Source: Escherichia coli (GTDB lineage: Bacteria > Pseudomonadota > Gammaproteobacteria > Enterobacterales > Enterobacteriaceae). Taken from it: DNA of 64,000 nt. Both the position numbers and the translations under genes were made by a program. This document shows, piece after piece, positions 1-10,685 of the stretch (its first letter is position 1; the number at the start of each line of letters is the position of its first letter). The stretch is from assembly GCF_003334305.1 (NCBI RefSeq), contig NZ_QOWS01000006.1, one strand, 5' to 3'. A model generated the notes under the pieces. The model saw nothing but the letters and a program-made list of their open reading frames with translations. It was not told where the DNA came from and did not search any database.

Positions 1-25
1 GTTCGATGCGTCACGGCATAATCCG

Positions 26-86
<61 letters not shown>

Positions 87-87
87 C

Positions 88-146
<59 letters not shown>

Positions 147-182
147 GTGAATTCTGCAATATATTGAATCTGCATGCTTTTG

Positions 183-222
183 TAGGCCGGATAAGGCGTT
201 CACGCCGCATCCGGCATTGACT
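183..222. repeat. REP-like palindromic element
   Basis: Sequence of the gccggatgcggcgtgaacgccttatccggcctaca type (tgtaggccggataaggcgttcacgccgcatccggca). Confidence 0.5.
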
Positions 223-228
223 GCAAAC

Positions 229-1005
229 TTAACGCTGCTCGTAGTGTTTAAACACCAGTTCGCCATTGCTGGAGGAAGCTTCATCAAAGAAGTAACCTTC
301 GCTATTAAAACCAGTCAGTTGCTCTGGTTTGGTCAGCCGATTTTCAATAATAAAACGACTCATCAGACCGCGTGCTTTCTTAGCGTAGAAGCTGATTATC
401 TTAAATTTGCCGTTCTTCTCATCGAGGAACACCGGCTTGATAATCTCGGCATTCAATTTCTTCGGCTTCACCGATTTAAAATACTCATCTGACGCCAGAT
501 TAATCACCACATTATCGCCTTGTGCTGCGAGCGCCTCGTTCAGCTTGTTGGTGATGATATCTCCCCAGAATTGATACAGATCTTTCCCTCGGGCATTCTC
601 AAGACGGATCCCCATTTCCAGACGATAAGGCTGCATTAAATCGAGCGGGCGCAGTACGCCATACAAGCCGGAAAGCATTCGCAAATGCTGTTGGGCAAAA
701 TCGAAATCGTCTTCGCTGAAGGTTTCGGCCTGCAAGCCGGTGTAGACATCACCTTTAAACGCCAGAATCGCCTGGCGGGCATTCTCCGGCGTGAAATCTG
801 GCTGCCAGTCATGAAAGCGAGCGGCGTTGATACCCGCCAGTTTGTCGCTGATGCGCATCAGCGTGCTAATCTGCGGAGGCGTCAGTTTCCGCGCTTCATG
901 GATCAACTGCTGGGAATTGTCTAACAGCTCCGGCAGCGTATAGCGCGTGGTGGTCAACGGGCTTTGGTAATCAAGCGTTTTCGCAGGTGAAATAAGAATC
1001 AGCAT
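229..1005 (-). CDS. yaaA: Peroxide stress protein YaaA (DUF328/UPF0246)
   Basis: 258-aa ORF beginning [13 protein letters not shown]; length and position match E. coli yaaA. Confidence 0.93.
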   Translation of the reverse strand: MLILISPAKTLDYQSPLTTTRYTLPELLDNSQQLIHEARKLTPPQISTLMRISDKLAGINAARFHDWQPDFTPENARQAILAFKGDVYTGLQAETFSEDDFDFAQQHLRMLSGLYGVLRPLDLMQPYRLEMGIRLENARGKDLYQFWGDIITNKLNEALAAQGDNVVINLASDEYFKSVKPKKLNAEIIKPVFLDEKNGKFKIISFYAKKARGLMSRFIIENRLTKPEQLTGFNSEGYFFDEASSSNGELVFKHYEQR

Positions 1006-1074
1006 ATCCAGTCCTTGCAGGAAATTTATGCCGACTTTAGCAAAAAAAGAGAATGAGTTGATCGATAGTTGTGA

Positions 1075-2505
1075 TTACTCCTGCGAAACATCATCCCACG
1101 CGTCCGGAGAAAGCTGGCGACCGATATCCGGATAACGCAACGGATCAAACACCGGGCGCACGCCGAGTTTACGCTGGCGTAGATAATCACTGGCAATGGT
1201 ATGAACCACAGGCGAGAGCAGTAAAATGGCGGTCAAATTGGTAATAGCCATGCAGGCCATTATGATATCTGCCAGTTGCCACATCAGCGGAAGGCTTAGC
1301 AAGGTGCCGCCGATGACCGTTGCGAAGGTGCAGATCCGCAAACACCAGATCGCTTTAGGGTTGTTCAGGCGTAAAAAGAAGAGATTGTTTTCGGCATAAA
1401 TGTAGTTGGCAACGATGGAGCTGAAGGCAAACAGAATAACCACGAGGGTAACAAACTCAGCACCCCAGGAACCCATTAGCACCCGCATCGCCTTCTGGAT
1501 AAGCTGAATACCTTCCAGCGGCATGTAGGTTGTGTCGTTACCCGCCAGTAATATCAGCATGGCGCTTGCCGTACAGATGACCAGGGTGTCGATAAAAATG
1601 CCAATCATCTGGACAATCCCTTGCGCTGCCGGATGCGGAGGCCAGGACGCCGCTGCCGCTGCCGCGTTTGGCGTCGAACCCATTCCCGCCTCATTGGAAA
1701 ACATACTGCGCTGAAAACCGTTAGTAATCGCCTGGCTTAAGGTATATCCCGCCGCGCCGCCTGCCGCTTCCTGCCAGCCAAAAGCACTCTCAAAAATAGA
1801 CCAAATGACGTGGGGAAGTTGCCCGATATTTATTACGCAAATCACCATGCTGGTCAGCACCCAGATTATCGCCATCAACGGGACAAACCCCTGCATGAGC
1901 CGGGCGACGCCATGAAGACCGCGAGTGATTGCCAGCAGAGCAAAGACAGCGAGAATAATGCCTGTCACCAGCGGGGGAAAATCAAAAGAAAAACTCAGGG
2001 CTCGGGCAACGGCGTTCGCCTGAACTCCGCTGAAAATTATGCCGTAGGCGATGAGCAAAAAGACGGCGAACAGAACGCCCATCCAACGCATCCCCAGCCC
2101 GCGCGCCATATACCATGCCGGTCCGCCACGAAACTGTCCATTGACGTCACGTTCTTTATAAAGTTGTGCAAGGGAACATTCGGCAAACGAGGTCGCCATG
2201 CCGATAAACGCGGCAACCCACATCCAAAAGACGGCTCCAGGTCCACCGGCGGTAATAGCCAGCGCAACGCCGGCCAGGTTGCCGCTACCCACGCGCGCCG
2301 CAAGACTGGTACACAATGACTGAAATGAGGTTAAACCGCCTGGCTGTGGATGAATGCTATTTTTAAGACTTTTGCCAAACTGGCGGATGTAGCGAAACTG
2401 CACAAATCCGGTGCGAAAAGTGAACCAACAACCTGCGCCGAAGAGCAGGTAAATCATTACCGATCCCCAAAGGACGCTGTTAATAAAGGAGAAAAAATCT
2501 GGCAT
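1075..2505 (-). CDS. yaaJ: Alanine/sodium symporter family transporter
   Basis: 476-aa hydrophobic multi-helix ORF; synteny between yaaA and talB. Confidence 0.92.
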   Translation of the reverse strand: MPDFFSFINSVLWGSVMIYLLFGAGCWFTFRTGFVQFRYIRQFGKSLKNSIHPQPGGLTSFQSLCTSLAARVGSGNLAGVALAITAGGPGAVFWMWVAAFIGMATSFAECSLAQLYKERDVNGQFRGGPAWYMARGLGMRWMGVLFAVFLLIAYGIIFSGVQANAVARALSFSFDFPPLVTGIILAVFALLAITRGLHGVARLMQGFVPLMAIIWVLTSMVICVINIGQLPHVIWSIFESAFGWQEAAGGAAGYTLSQAITNGFQRSMFSNEAGMGSTPNAAAAAASWPPHPAAQGIVQMIGIFIDTLVICTASAMLILLAGNDTTYMPLEGIQLIQKAMRVLMGSWGAEFVTLVVILFAFSSIVANYIYAENNLFFLRLNNPKAIWCLRICTFATVIGGTLLSLPLMWQLADIIMACMAITNLTAILLLSPVVHTIASDYLRQRKLGVRPVFDPLRYPDIGRQLSPDAWDDVSQE

Positions 2506-2783
2506 GCATATCCCTCTTATTGCCGGTCGCGATGACTTTCCTGTGTAAACGTTACCAATTGTTTAAGAAGTATATACGCTACGAGGTACTTGATAACTTC
2601 TGCGTAGCATACATGAGGTTTTGTATAAAAATGGCGGGCGATATCAACGCAGTGTCAGAAATCCGAAACAGTCTCGCCTGGCGATAACCGTCTTGTCGGC
2701 GGTTGCGCTGACGTTGCGTCGTGATATCATCAGGGCAGACCGGTTACATCCCCCTAACAAGCTGTTTAAAGAGAAATACTATC

Positions 2784-3737
2784 ATGACGGACAAATTGAC
2801 CTCCCTTCGTCAGTACACCACCGTAGTGGCCGACACTGGGGACATCGCGGCAATGAAGCTGTATCAACCGCAGGATGCCACAACCAACCCTTCTCTCATT
2901 CTTAACGCAGCGCAGATTCCGGAATACCGTAAGTTGATTGATGATGCTGTCGCCTGGGCGAAACAGCAGAGCAACGATCGCGCGCAGCAGATCGTGGACG
3001 CGACCGACAAACTGGCAGTAAATATTGGTCTGGAAATCCTGAAACTGGTTCCGGGCCGTATCTCAACTGAAGTTGATGCGCGTCTTTCCTATGACACCGA
3101 AGCGTCAATTGCGAAAGCAAAACGCCTGATCAAACTCTACAACGATGCTGGTATTAGCAACGATCGTATTCTGATCAAACTGGCTTCTACCTGGCAGGGT
3201 ATCCGTGCTGCAGAACAGCTGGAAAAAGAAGGCATCAACTGTAACCTGACCCTGCTGTTCTCCTTCGCTCAGGCTCGTGCTTGTGCGGAAGCAGGCGTGT
3301 TCCTGATCTCGCCATTTGTTGGCCGTATTCTTGACTGGTACAAAGCGAATACTGATAAGAAAGAGTACGCTCCGGCAGAAGATCCGGGCGTGGTTTCTGT
3401 ATCTGAAATCTACCAGTACTACAAAGAGCACGGTTATGAAACCGTGGTTATGGGCGCAAGCTTCCGTAACATCGGCGAAATTCTGGAACTGGCAGGCTGC
3501 GACCGTCTTACCATCGCACCTACACTGCTGAAAGAGCTGGCTGAGAGCGAAGGGGCTATCGAACGTAAACTGTCTTACACCGGCGAAGTGAAAGCGCGTC
3601 CGGCGCGTATCACTGAGTCCGAGTTCCTGTGGCAGCACAACCAGGATCCAATGGCAGTAGATAAACTGGCGGAAGGTATCCGTAAGTTTGCTATTGACCA
3701 GGAAAAACTGGAAAAAATGATCGGCGATCTGCTGTAA
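2784..3737 (+). CDS. talB: Transaldolase B
   Basis: ORF 2721..3737; the internal ATG at 2784 gives the 317-aa protein beginning [20 protein letters not shown], with a GAGAAA ribosome-binding site upstream. Confidence 0.95.
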   Translation: MTDKLTSLRQYTTVVADTGDIAAMKLYQPQDATTNPSLILNAAQIPEYRKLIDDAVAWAKQQSNDRAQQIVDATDKLAVNIGLEILKLVPGRISTEVDARLSYDTEASIAKAKRLIKLYNDAGISNDRILIKLASTWQGIRAAEQLEKEGINCNLTLLFSFAQARACAEAGVFLISPFVGRILDWYKANTDKKEYAPAEDPGVVSVSEIYQYYKEHGYETVVMGASFRNIGEILELAGCDRLTIAPTLLKELAESEGAIERKLSYTGEVKARPARITESEFLWQHNQDPMAVDKLAEGIRKFAIDQEKLEKMIGDLL

Positions 3738-3741
3738 TCAT

Positions 3742-3772
3742 TCTTAGCGTGACCGGGAAGTCGGTCACGCTA
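3742..3772 (+). terminator. Hairpin downstream of talB
   Basis: Perfect inverted repeat agcgtgaccg...cggtcacgct right after the stop codon; no clear T-run. Confidence 0.4.
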
Positions 3773-3851
3773 CCTCTTCTGAAGCCTGTCTGTCACTCCC
3801 TTCGCAGTGTATCATTCTGTTTAACGAGACTGTTTAAACGGAAAAATCTTG

Positions 3852-4439
3852 ATGAATACTTTACGTATTGGCTTAGTTTCCATCTCTGATCGCGCATCCA
3901 GCGGCGTTTATCAGGATAAAGGCATCCCTGCGCTGGAAGAATGGCTGACATCGGCGCTAACCACGCCGTTTGAACTGGAAACCCGCTTAATCCCCGATGA
4001 GCAGGCGATCATCGAGCAAACGTTGTGTGAGCTAGTGGATGAAATGAGTTGCCATCTGGTGCTCACCACGGGCGGAACTGGCCCGGCGCGTCGTGACGTA
4101 ACGCCCGATGCGACGCTGGCAGTAGCGGACCGCGAGATGCCTGGCTTTGGTGAACAGATGCGCCAGATAAGCCTGCATTTTGTACCAACTGCGATCCTTT
4201 CGCGTCAGGTTGGTGTGATTCGCAAACAGGCGCTGATCCTTAACTTACCCGGTCAGCCGAAGTCTATTAAAGAGACGCTGGAAGGTGTGAAGGACGCTGC
4301 GGGTAACGTTGTGGTACACGGTATTTTTGCCAGCGTACCGTACTGCATTCAGTTGCTGGAAGGGCCATACGTTGAAACGGCACCGGAAGTGGTTGCAGCA
4401 TTCAGACCGAAGAGTGCAAGACGCGACGTTAGCGAATAA
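3852..4439 (+). CDS. mog: Molybdopterin adenylyltransferase MogA
   Basis: ORF 3849..4439; ATG at 3852 gives a 195-aa protein MNTLRIGLVSISDRAS with a GGTGP motif. Confidence 0.94.
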   Translation: MNTLRIGLVSISDRASSGVYQDKGIPALEEWLTSALTTPFELETRLIPDEQAIIEQTLCELVDEMSCHLVLTTGGTGPARRDVTPDATLAVADREMPGFGEQMRQISLHFVPTAILSRQVGVIRKQALILNLPGQPKSIKETLEGVKDAAGNVVVHGIFASVPYCIQLLEGPYVETAPEVVAAFRPKSARRDVSE

Positions 4440-4466
4440 AAAAATCCCCCCGAGCGGGGGGATCTC
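4440..4466. terminator. Bidirectional rho-independent terminator between mog and satP
   Basis: Stem tcccccc...gggggga flanked by an A-run on one side and T-rich sequence on the complement; sits between convergent genes. Confidence 0.6.
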
Positions 4467-4473
4467 AAAACAA

Positions 4474-5040
4474 TTAGTGGGATTCACCAATCGGCAGAAC
4501 GGTGCGACCAAACTGCTCGTTCAGTACTTCACCCATCGCCAGATAGATTGCGCTGGCACCGCAGATCAGCCCAATCCAGCCGGCAAAGTGGATGATTGCG
4601 GCGTTACCGGCAATGTTACCGATCGCCAGCAGGGCAAACAGCACGGTCAGGCTAAAGAAAACGAATTGCAGAACGCGTGCGCCTTTCAGCGTGCCGAAGA
4701 ACATAAACAGCGTAAATACGCCCCACAGACCCAGGTAGACACCAAGGAACTGTGCATTTGGCGCATCGGTCAGACCCAGTTTCGGCATCAGCAGAATCGC
4801 AACCAGCGTCAGCCAGAAAGAACCGTAAGAGGTGAATGCGGTTAAACCGAAAGTGTTGCCTTTTTTGTACTCCAGCAGACCAGCAAAAATTTGCGCGATG
4901 CCGCCGTAGAAAATGCCCATGGCAAGAATAATACCGTCCAGAGCGAAATAACCCACGTTGTGCAGGTTAAGCAGAATGGTGGTCATGCCGAAGCCCATCA
5001 GGCCCAGCGGTGCCGGATTAGCCAACTTAGTGTTGCCCAT
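4474..5040 (-). CDS. satP: Succinate-acetate/proton symporter SatP (YaaH)
   Basis: 188-aa membrane ORF beginning MGNTKLANPAPLGLMGFG. Confidence 0.94.
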   Translation of the reverse strand: MGNTKLANPAPLGLMGFGMTTILLNLHNVGYFALDGIILAMGIFYGGIAQIFAGLLEYKKGNTFGLTAFTSYGSFWLTLVAILLMPKLGLTDAPNAQFLGVYLGLWGVFTLFMFFGTLKGARVLQFVFFSLTVLFALLAIGNIAGNAAIIHFAGWIGLICGASAIYLAMGEVLNEQFGRTVLPIGESH

Positions 5041-5188
5041 AATTCCTCAAAAATCATCATCGAATGAATGGTGAAATAATTTCCCTGAATAACTGTAGTG
5101 TTTTCAGGGCGCGGCATAATAATCAGCCAGTGGGGCAGTGTCTACGATCTTTTGAGGGGAAAATGAAAATTTTCCCCGGTTTCCGGTA

Positions 5189-5902
5189 TCAGACCTGAGT
5201 GGCGCTAACCATCCGGCGCAGGCAGGCGATTTGCAGTACGGCTGGAATCGTCACGCGATAGGCGCTGCCGCTGACCGCTTTAACCCCATTTAGTGCCGCA
5301 CCTACAGGGCCTCCCAGCCCCGCGCCGCGCAGCAAACCATGCCCAAGTACGCTCATTGCTGCGTGGGTGCGTAAAATGCGGGTCAGTTGGCTGGAAAGCA
5401 AATGCGACACGCCTTTTGCCAATAATTTGTCTTTCATCAGCAGCGGCAGCAGCTCTTCCAGCTCATTCACCCTCGCATCGACCGCGTGCAGAAACTCCTG
5501 TTTATGTTCCTCGTCCATATTCTTCCAGGTGTTACGCAGAAATTGTTCCAGTAACTGTTGCTCAATCTCAAACGTAGACATCTCTTTGTCGGCTTTCAGC
5601 TTCAATCGTTTTGAAACATCGAGCAAAATGGCCCGATACAATTTACCGTGTCCGCGCAGTTTGTTGGCGATACTATCGCCACCAAAATGCTGTAATTCTC
5701 CAGCAATCAGCTGCCAGTTGCGGCGATGTTGCTCGGGATGCCCTTCCATCGATTTAAACAGTTCGTTGCGCATCAGTACGCTGGAGAGGCGAGTTTTGCC
5801 TTTTTCATTATGGGTGAGCAATCGGGCGAAATTTGCCAACTGTTCCTCACTGCAATGCTGGAGAAAATCCAGATCTGAATCATTCAGGTAATTAACATTC
5901 AT
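5189..5902 (-). CDS. yaaW: UPF0174 family protein YaaW
   Basis: 237-aa ORF at the syntenic position between satP and yaaI. Confidence 0.88.
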   Translation of the reverse strand: MNVNYLNDSDLDFLQHCSEEQLANFARLLTHNEKGKTRLSSVLMRNELFKSMEGHPEQHRRNWQLIAGELQHFGGDSIANKLRGHGKLYRAILLDVSKRLKLKADKEMSTFEIEQQLLEQFLRNTWKNMDEEHKQEFLHAVDARVNELEELLPLLMKDKLLAKGVSHLLSSQLTRILRTHAAMSVLGHGLLRGAGLGGPVGAALNGVKAVSGSAYRVTIPAVLQIACLRRMVSATQV

Positions 5903-5927
5903 TTTTTGTGGCTTCTATATTCTGGCG

Positions 5928-6332
5928 TTAGTCGTCGCCGATAATTTTCAGCGTGGCCATATCCGATGAGTTCACCGTATGACCGGAAAAGGTGATTTTT
6001 GAGACGCAGCGTTTATTGTCGTTATCGCTGTTAATGTTGATCCAGTCAGTGGTTTGCCCTTCTTTTATTTCTGAAGGAATATTCAGGCTCTGACTGGCGC
6101 TACGGGCGGCTTTGAAATAAACCGATGCACCGCTTAACTGTAAATCGCCATGGTCGGCAGAGAGTTGTATGCGTTTAACAATTCGGCAAACAGGAAGTTT
6201 CAGCGCCAGATCGTTGGTTTCGTTACGTGGCATCGCAATGACGCCGAGGATTTTATGGTCGTTTGCCTGCGCCGTGCAGCACAGCATCAGACTAATCGCC
6301 AGGCTGGCGGAAATCGTAAAAACGGATTTCAT
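5928..6332 (-). CDS. yaaI: DUF2541 secreted protein YaaI
   Basis: 134-aa ORF with an N-terminal signal peptide ([23 protein letters not shown]). Confidence 0.88.
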
Positions 6333-6554
6333 AAGGATTCACTTAGTGGGGAGAGGTAGGGGGATGGATACCCACTAGTTTACTGCTGATAAAGAGAAGA
6401 TTCAGGTGCGTAATGTTTTCTTTTTATTACAATTTTTTGATGAATGTCTTGGCTGCGATTCATTCTTTATATGAATAAAATTGCTGTCAGTTTCACGTCT
6501 TGTCCTGCTATATCGCGAAATTTCTGCGCAAAAGCACAAAAAATTTTTGCATCT

Positions 6555-6590
6555 CCCCCTTGATGACGTGGGTTACGACCCCATTTAGTA
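6555..6590 (+). promoter_or_regulatory. dnaK heat-shock (sigma-32) promoter P1
   Basis: cccccTTGATG (-35-like) followed by CCCCATTTA (-10-like), matching the sigma-32 consensus CTTGAAA / CCCCATnT, about 120-150 bp upstream of dnaK. Confidence 0.6.
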
Positions 6591-6708
6591 GTCAACCGCA
6601 GTGAGTGAGTCTGCAAAAAAATGAAATTGGGCAGTTGAAACCAGACGTTTCGCCCCTATTACAGACTCACAACCACATGATGACCGAATATATAGTGGAG
6701 ACGTTTAG

Positions 6709-8625
6709 ATGGGTAAAATAATTGGTATCGACCTGGGTACTACCAACTCTTGTGTAGCGATTATGGATGGCACCACTCCTCGTGTGCTGGAGAACGCCGA
6801 AGGCGATCGCACCACGCCTTCTATCATTGCCTATACCCAGGATGGTGAAACTCTGGTTGGTCAGCCGGCTAAACGTCAGGCAGTGACGAACCCGCAAAAC
6901 ACCCTGTTTGCGATTAAACGCCTGATTGGCCGCCGCTTCCAGGACGAAGAAGTACAGCGTGATGTTTCCATCATGCCGTTCAAAATTATTGCTGCTGATA
7001 ACGGCGACGCATGGGTCGAAGTTAAAGGCCAGAAAATGGCACCGCCGCAGATCTCTGCTGAAGTGCTGAAAAAAATGAAGAAAACCGCTGAAGATTACTT
7101 GGGTGAACCGGTAACTGAAGCTGTTATCACCGTACCGGCATACTTTAACGATGCTCAGCGTCAGGCAACCAAAGACGCAGGCCGTATCGCTGGTCTGGAA
7201 GTAAAACGTATCATCAACGAACCGACCGCAGCTGCGCTGGCTTACGGTCTGGACAAAGGTACTGGCAACCGTACTATCGCGGTTTATGACCTGGGTGGTG
7301 GTACTTTCGATATTTCTATTATCGAAATCGACGAAGTTGACGGCGAAAAAACCTTCGAAGTTCTGGCTACCAACGGTGATACCCACCTGGGTGGTGAAGA
7401 CTTCGACAGCCGTCTGATCAACTACCTGGTTGAAGAATTCAAGAAAGATCAGGGCATTGACCTGCGCAACGATCCGCTGGCAATGCAGCGCCTGAAAGAA
7501 GCGGCAGAAAAAGCGAAAATCGAACTGTCTTCCGCTCAGCAGACCGACGTTAACCTGCCGTACATCACTGCAGATGCGACCGGTCCGAAACACATGAACA
7601 TCAAAGTGACTCGTGCGAAACTGGAAAGCCTGGTTGAAGATCTGGTAAACCGTTCCATTGAGCCGCTGAAAGTTGCACTGCAGGACGCTGGCCTGTCCGT
7701 ATCTGATATCGACGACGTTATCCTCGTTGGTGGTCAGACTCGTATGCCAATGGTTCAGAAGAAAGTTGCTGAGTTCTTTGGTAAAGAGCCGCGTAAAGAC
7801 GTTAACCCGGACGAAGCTGTAGCAATCGGTGCTGCTGTTCAGGGTGGTGTTCTGACTGGTGACGTGAAAGACGTACTGCTGCTGGACGTTACCCCGCTGT
7901 CTCTGGGTATCGAAACCATGGGCGGTGTGATGACGACGCTGATCGCGAAAAACACCACTATCCCGACCAAGCACAGCCAGGTGTTCTCTACCGCTGAAGA
8001 CAACCAGTCTGCGGTAACCATCCATGTGCTGCAGGGTGAACGTAAACGTGCGGCTGATAACAAATCTCTGGGTCAGTTCAACCTGGATGGTATCAACCCG
8101 GCACCGCGCGGCATGCCGCAGATCGAAGTTACCTTCGATATCGATGCTGACGGTATCCTGCACGTTTCCGCGAAAGATAAAAACAGCGGTAAAGAGCAGA
8201 AGATCACCATCAAGGCTTCTTCTGGTCTGAACGAAGATGAAATCCAGAAAATGGTACGCGACGCAGAAGCTAACGCCGAAGCTGACCGTAAGTTTGAAGA
8301 GCTGGTACAGACTCGCAACCAGGGCGACCATCTGCTGCACAGCACCCGTAAGCAGGTTGAAGAAGCAGGCGACAAACTGCCGGCTGACGACAAAACTGCT
8401 ATCGAGTCTGCACTGACTGCACTGGAAACTGCTCTGAAAGGTGAAGACAAAGCCGCTATCGAAGCGAAAATGCAGGAGCTGGCACAGGTTTCCCAGAAAC
8501 TGATGGAAATCGCCCAGCAGCAACATGCCCAGCAGCAGACTGCCGGTGCTGATGCTTCTGCAAACAACGCGAAAGATGACGATGTTGTCGACGCTGAATT
8601 TGAAGAAGTCAAAGACAAAAAATAA
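6709..8625 (+). CDS. dnaK: Molecular chaperone DnaK (Hsp70)
   Basis: 638-aa ORF with [17 protein letters not shown] and other Hsp70 signatures. Confidence 0.98.
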
Positions 8626-8713
8626 TCGCCCTATAAACGGGTAATTATACTGACACGGGCGAAGGGGAATTTCCTCTCCGCCCGTGCATTCATCTAGGGG
8701 CAATTTAAAAAAG

Positions 8714-9844
8714 ATGGCTAAGCAAGATTATTACGAGATTTTAGGCGTTTCCAAAACAGCGGAAGAGCGTGAAATCAAAAAGGCCTACAAACGCCTGGCC
8801 ATGAAATACCACCCGGACCGTAACCAGGGTGACAAAGAGGCCGAGGCGAAATTTAAAGAGATCAAGGAAGCTTATGAAGTTCTGACCGACTCGCAAAAAC
8901 GTGCGGCATACGATCAGTATGGTCATGCTGCGTTTGAGCAAGGCGGCATGGGCGGCGGCGGTTTTGGCGGCGGCGCAGACTTCAGCGATATTTTTGGTGA
9001 CGTTTTCGGCGATATTTTTGGCGGCGGACGTGGTCGTCAACGTGCGGCGCGCGGTGCTGATTTACGCTATAACATGGAGCTCACCCTCGAAGAAGCTGTA
9101 CGTGGCGTGACCAAAGAGATCCGCATTCCGACTCTGGAAGAGTGTGACGTTTGCCACGGTAGCGGTGCAAAACCAGGTACACAGCCGCAGACCTGTCCGA
9201 CCTGTCATGGTTCTGGTCAGGTGCAGATGCGTCAGGGATTCTTCGCTGTACAGCAGACCTGTCCACACTGTCAGGGCCGCGGTACGCTGATCAAAGATCC
9301 GTGCAACAAATGTCATGGTCATGGTCGTGTTGAGCGCAGCAAAACGCTGTCCGTTAAAATCCCGGCAGGGGTGGACACTGGAGACCGCATCCGTCTTGCG
9401 GGCGAAGGTGAAGCGGGCGAGCATGGCGCACCGGCAGGCGATCTGTACGTTCAGGTTCAGGTTAAACAGCACCCGATTTTCGAGCGTGAAGGCAACAACC
9501 TCTATTGCGAAGTCCCGATCAACTTCGCTATGGCGGCGCTGGGTGGCGAAATCGAAGTACCGACCCTTGATGGTCGCGTCAAACTGAAAGTGCCTGGCGA
9601 AACCCAGACCGGTAAGCTTTTCCGTATGCGCGGTAAAGGCGTCAAGTCTGTCCGCGGTGGCGCACAGGGTGATTTGCTGTGCCGCGTTGTCGTCGAAACA
9701 CCGGTAGGCCTGAACGAGAAGCAGAAACAGCTGCTGCAAGAGCTGCAAGAAAGCTTCGGTGGCCCAACCGGTGAGCACAACAGCCCGCGCTCAAAGAGCT
9801 TCTTTGATGGTGTGAAGAAGTTTTTTGACGACCTGACCCGCTAA
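8714..9844 (+). CDS. dnaJ: Co-chaperone DnaJ (Hsp40)
   Basis: ORF 8684..9844; ATG at 8714 gives the 376-aa protein [13 protein letters not shown]-domain HPD motif, Gly/Phe-rich region and four CxxCxGxG zinc-finger repeats. Confidence 0.97.
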
Positions 9845-9852
9845 CCTCCCCA

Positions 9853-9880
9853 AAAGCCTGCCCGTGGGCAGGCTTGGGTA
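9853..9880. terminator. Hairpin between dnaJ and hokC (probable terminator)
   Basis: Inverted repeat gcctgccc gtg ggcaggc immediately after the dnaJ stop, between convergent genes. Confidence 0.5.
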
Positions 9881-9947
9881 AAATTAGGGTGCGTTGAAGA
9901 TATGCGAGCACCTGAAAAGTGGCGGGGATCACTCCCCGCCGTTGCAC

Positions 9948-10100
9948 TTACTCGGATTCGTAAGCCGTGAAAACAGCAACCTCCGTCTGGCCAGTTCGGA
10001 TGTGAACCTCACAGAGGTCTTTTCTCGTTACCAGCGCCGCCACTACGGCGGTGATACAGATGACGATCAGGGCGACAATCATCGCCTTATGCTGCTTCAT
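9948..10100 (-). CDS. hokC: Hok-family type I toxin HokC (Gef)
   Basis: 50-aa C-terminal portion of the 9948..10190 ORF: MKQHKAMIVALIVICITAVVAALVTRKDLCEVHIRTGQTEVAVFTAYESE, a small single-helix membrane peptide. Confidence 0.9.
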   Translation of the reverse strand: MKQHKAMIVALIVICITAVVAALVTRKDLCEVHIRTGQTEVAVFTAYESE

Positions 10101-10157
10101 TGCTCTCTTCTCCTTGACCTTACGGTCAGTAAGAGGCACTCTACATGTGTTCAGCAT
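9948..10157 (-). CDS. mokC: MokC, overlapping regulatory reading frame of hokC
   Basis: 69-aa frame MLNTCRV... that reads through hokC, as in hok/mok/sok loci. Confidence 0.7.
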   Translation of the reverse strand: MLNTCRVPLTDRKVKEKRAMKQHKAMIVALIVICITAVVAALVTRKDLCEVHIRTGQTEVAVFTAYESE

Positions 10158-10205
10158 ATAGGGGGCCTCGGGTTGATAGTAAAATATCACTCGGGGCTTT
10201 TCTCT
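10149..10205 (+). ncRNA. sokC: sokC antisense RNA (approximate position)
   Basis: Placed by analogy with hok/sok architecture, antisense to the mokC start region; boundaries are inferred, not read from the sequence. Confidence 0.35.
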
Positions 10206-10685
10206 ATCTGCCGTTCAGCTAATGCCTGAGACAGATAGCCTCAAGCACCCGCCGCTATTATATCGCTCTCTTTAACCCATTCTGTTTTATCGATTCTAAT
10301 CCTGAAGACGCCTCGCATTTTTGTGGCGTAATTTTTTAATGATTTAATTATTTAACTTTAATTTATCTCTTTATCGCAATTATTGACGACAAGCTGGATT
10401 ATTTTTGAAATATTGTCCTAACAAATAACGCCGACTGACAAGAAATTAATTATTACTTTTCCTAATTAATCCCTCAGAAATCCTGACCTTAAGCTATGAT
10501 TATCAGGGCTTAGGGTCACCCGTTAGCGCTTACAGCCGTCAAAAACTCATCTCACCGCTGATGGCGCAAATCCTTTAATTGCTCGTAAAAAACGAGTTAT
10601 TCCTACACTATAATCTGATTTTAACGATGATTTGTGCGGGGTAAAATAGTAAAAACGATCTATTCACCTGAAAGAGAAATAAAAA

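Noticed and set aside
6667-8703. 678-aa minus-strand ORF antisense to dnaK, and similar long antisense ORFs within ileS (18909..20120), carA/carB (27136..28470), rapA and others
   Set aside because: Each lies wholly inside a strongly supported conserved gene on the other strand, has low-complexity or biased composition, and has no independent start or ribosome-binding context. They are treated as artefacts of GC-rich codon structure.
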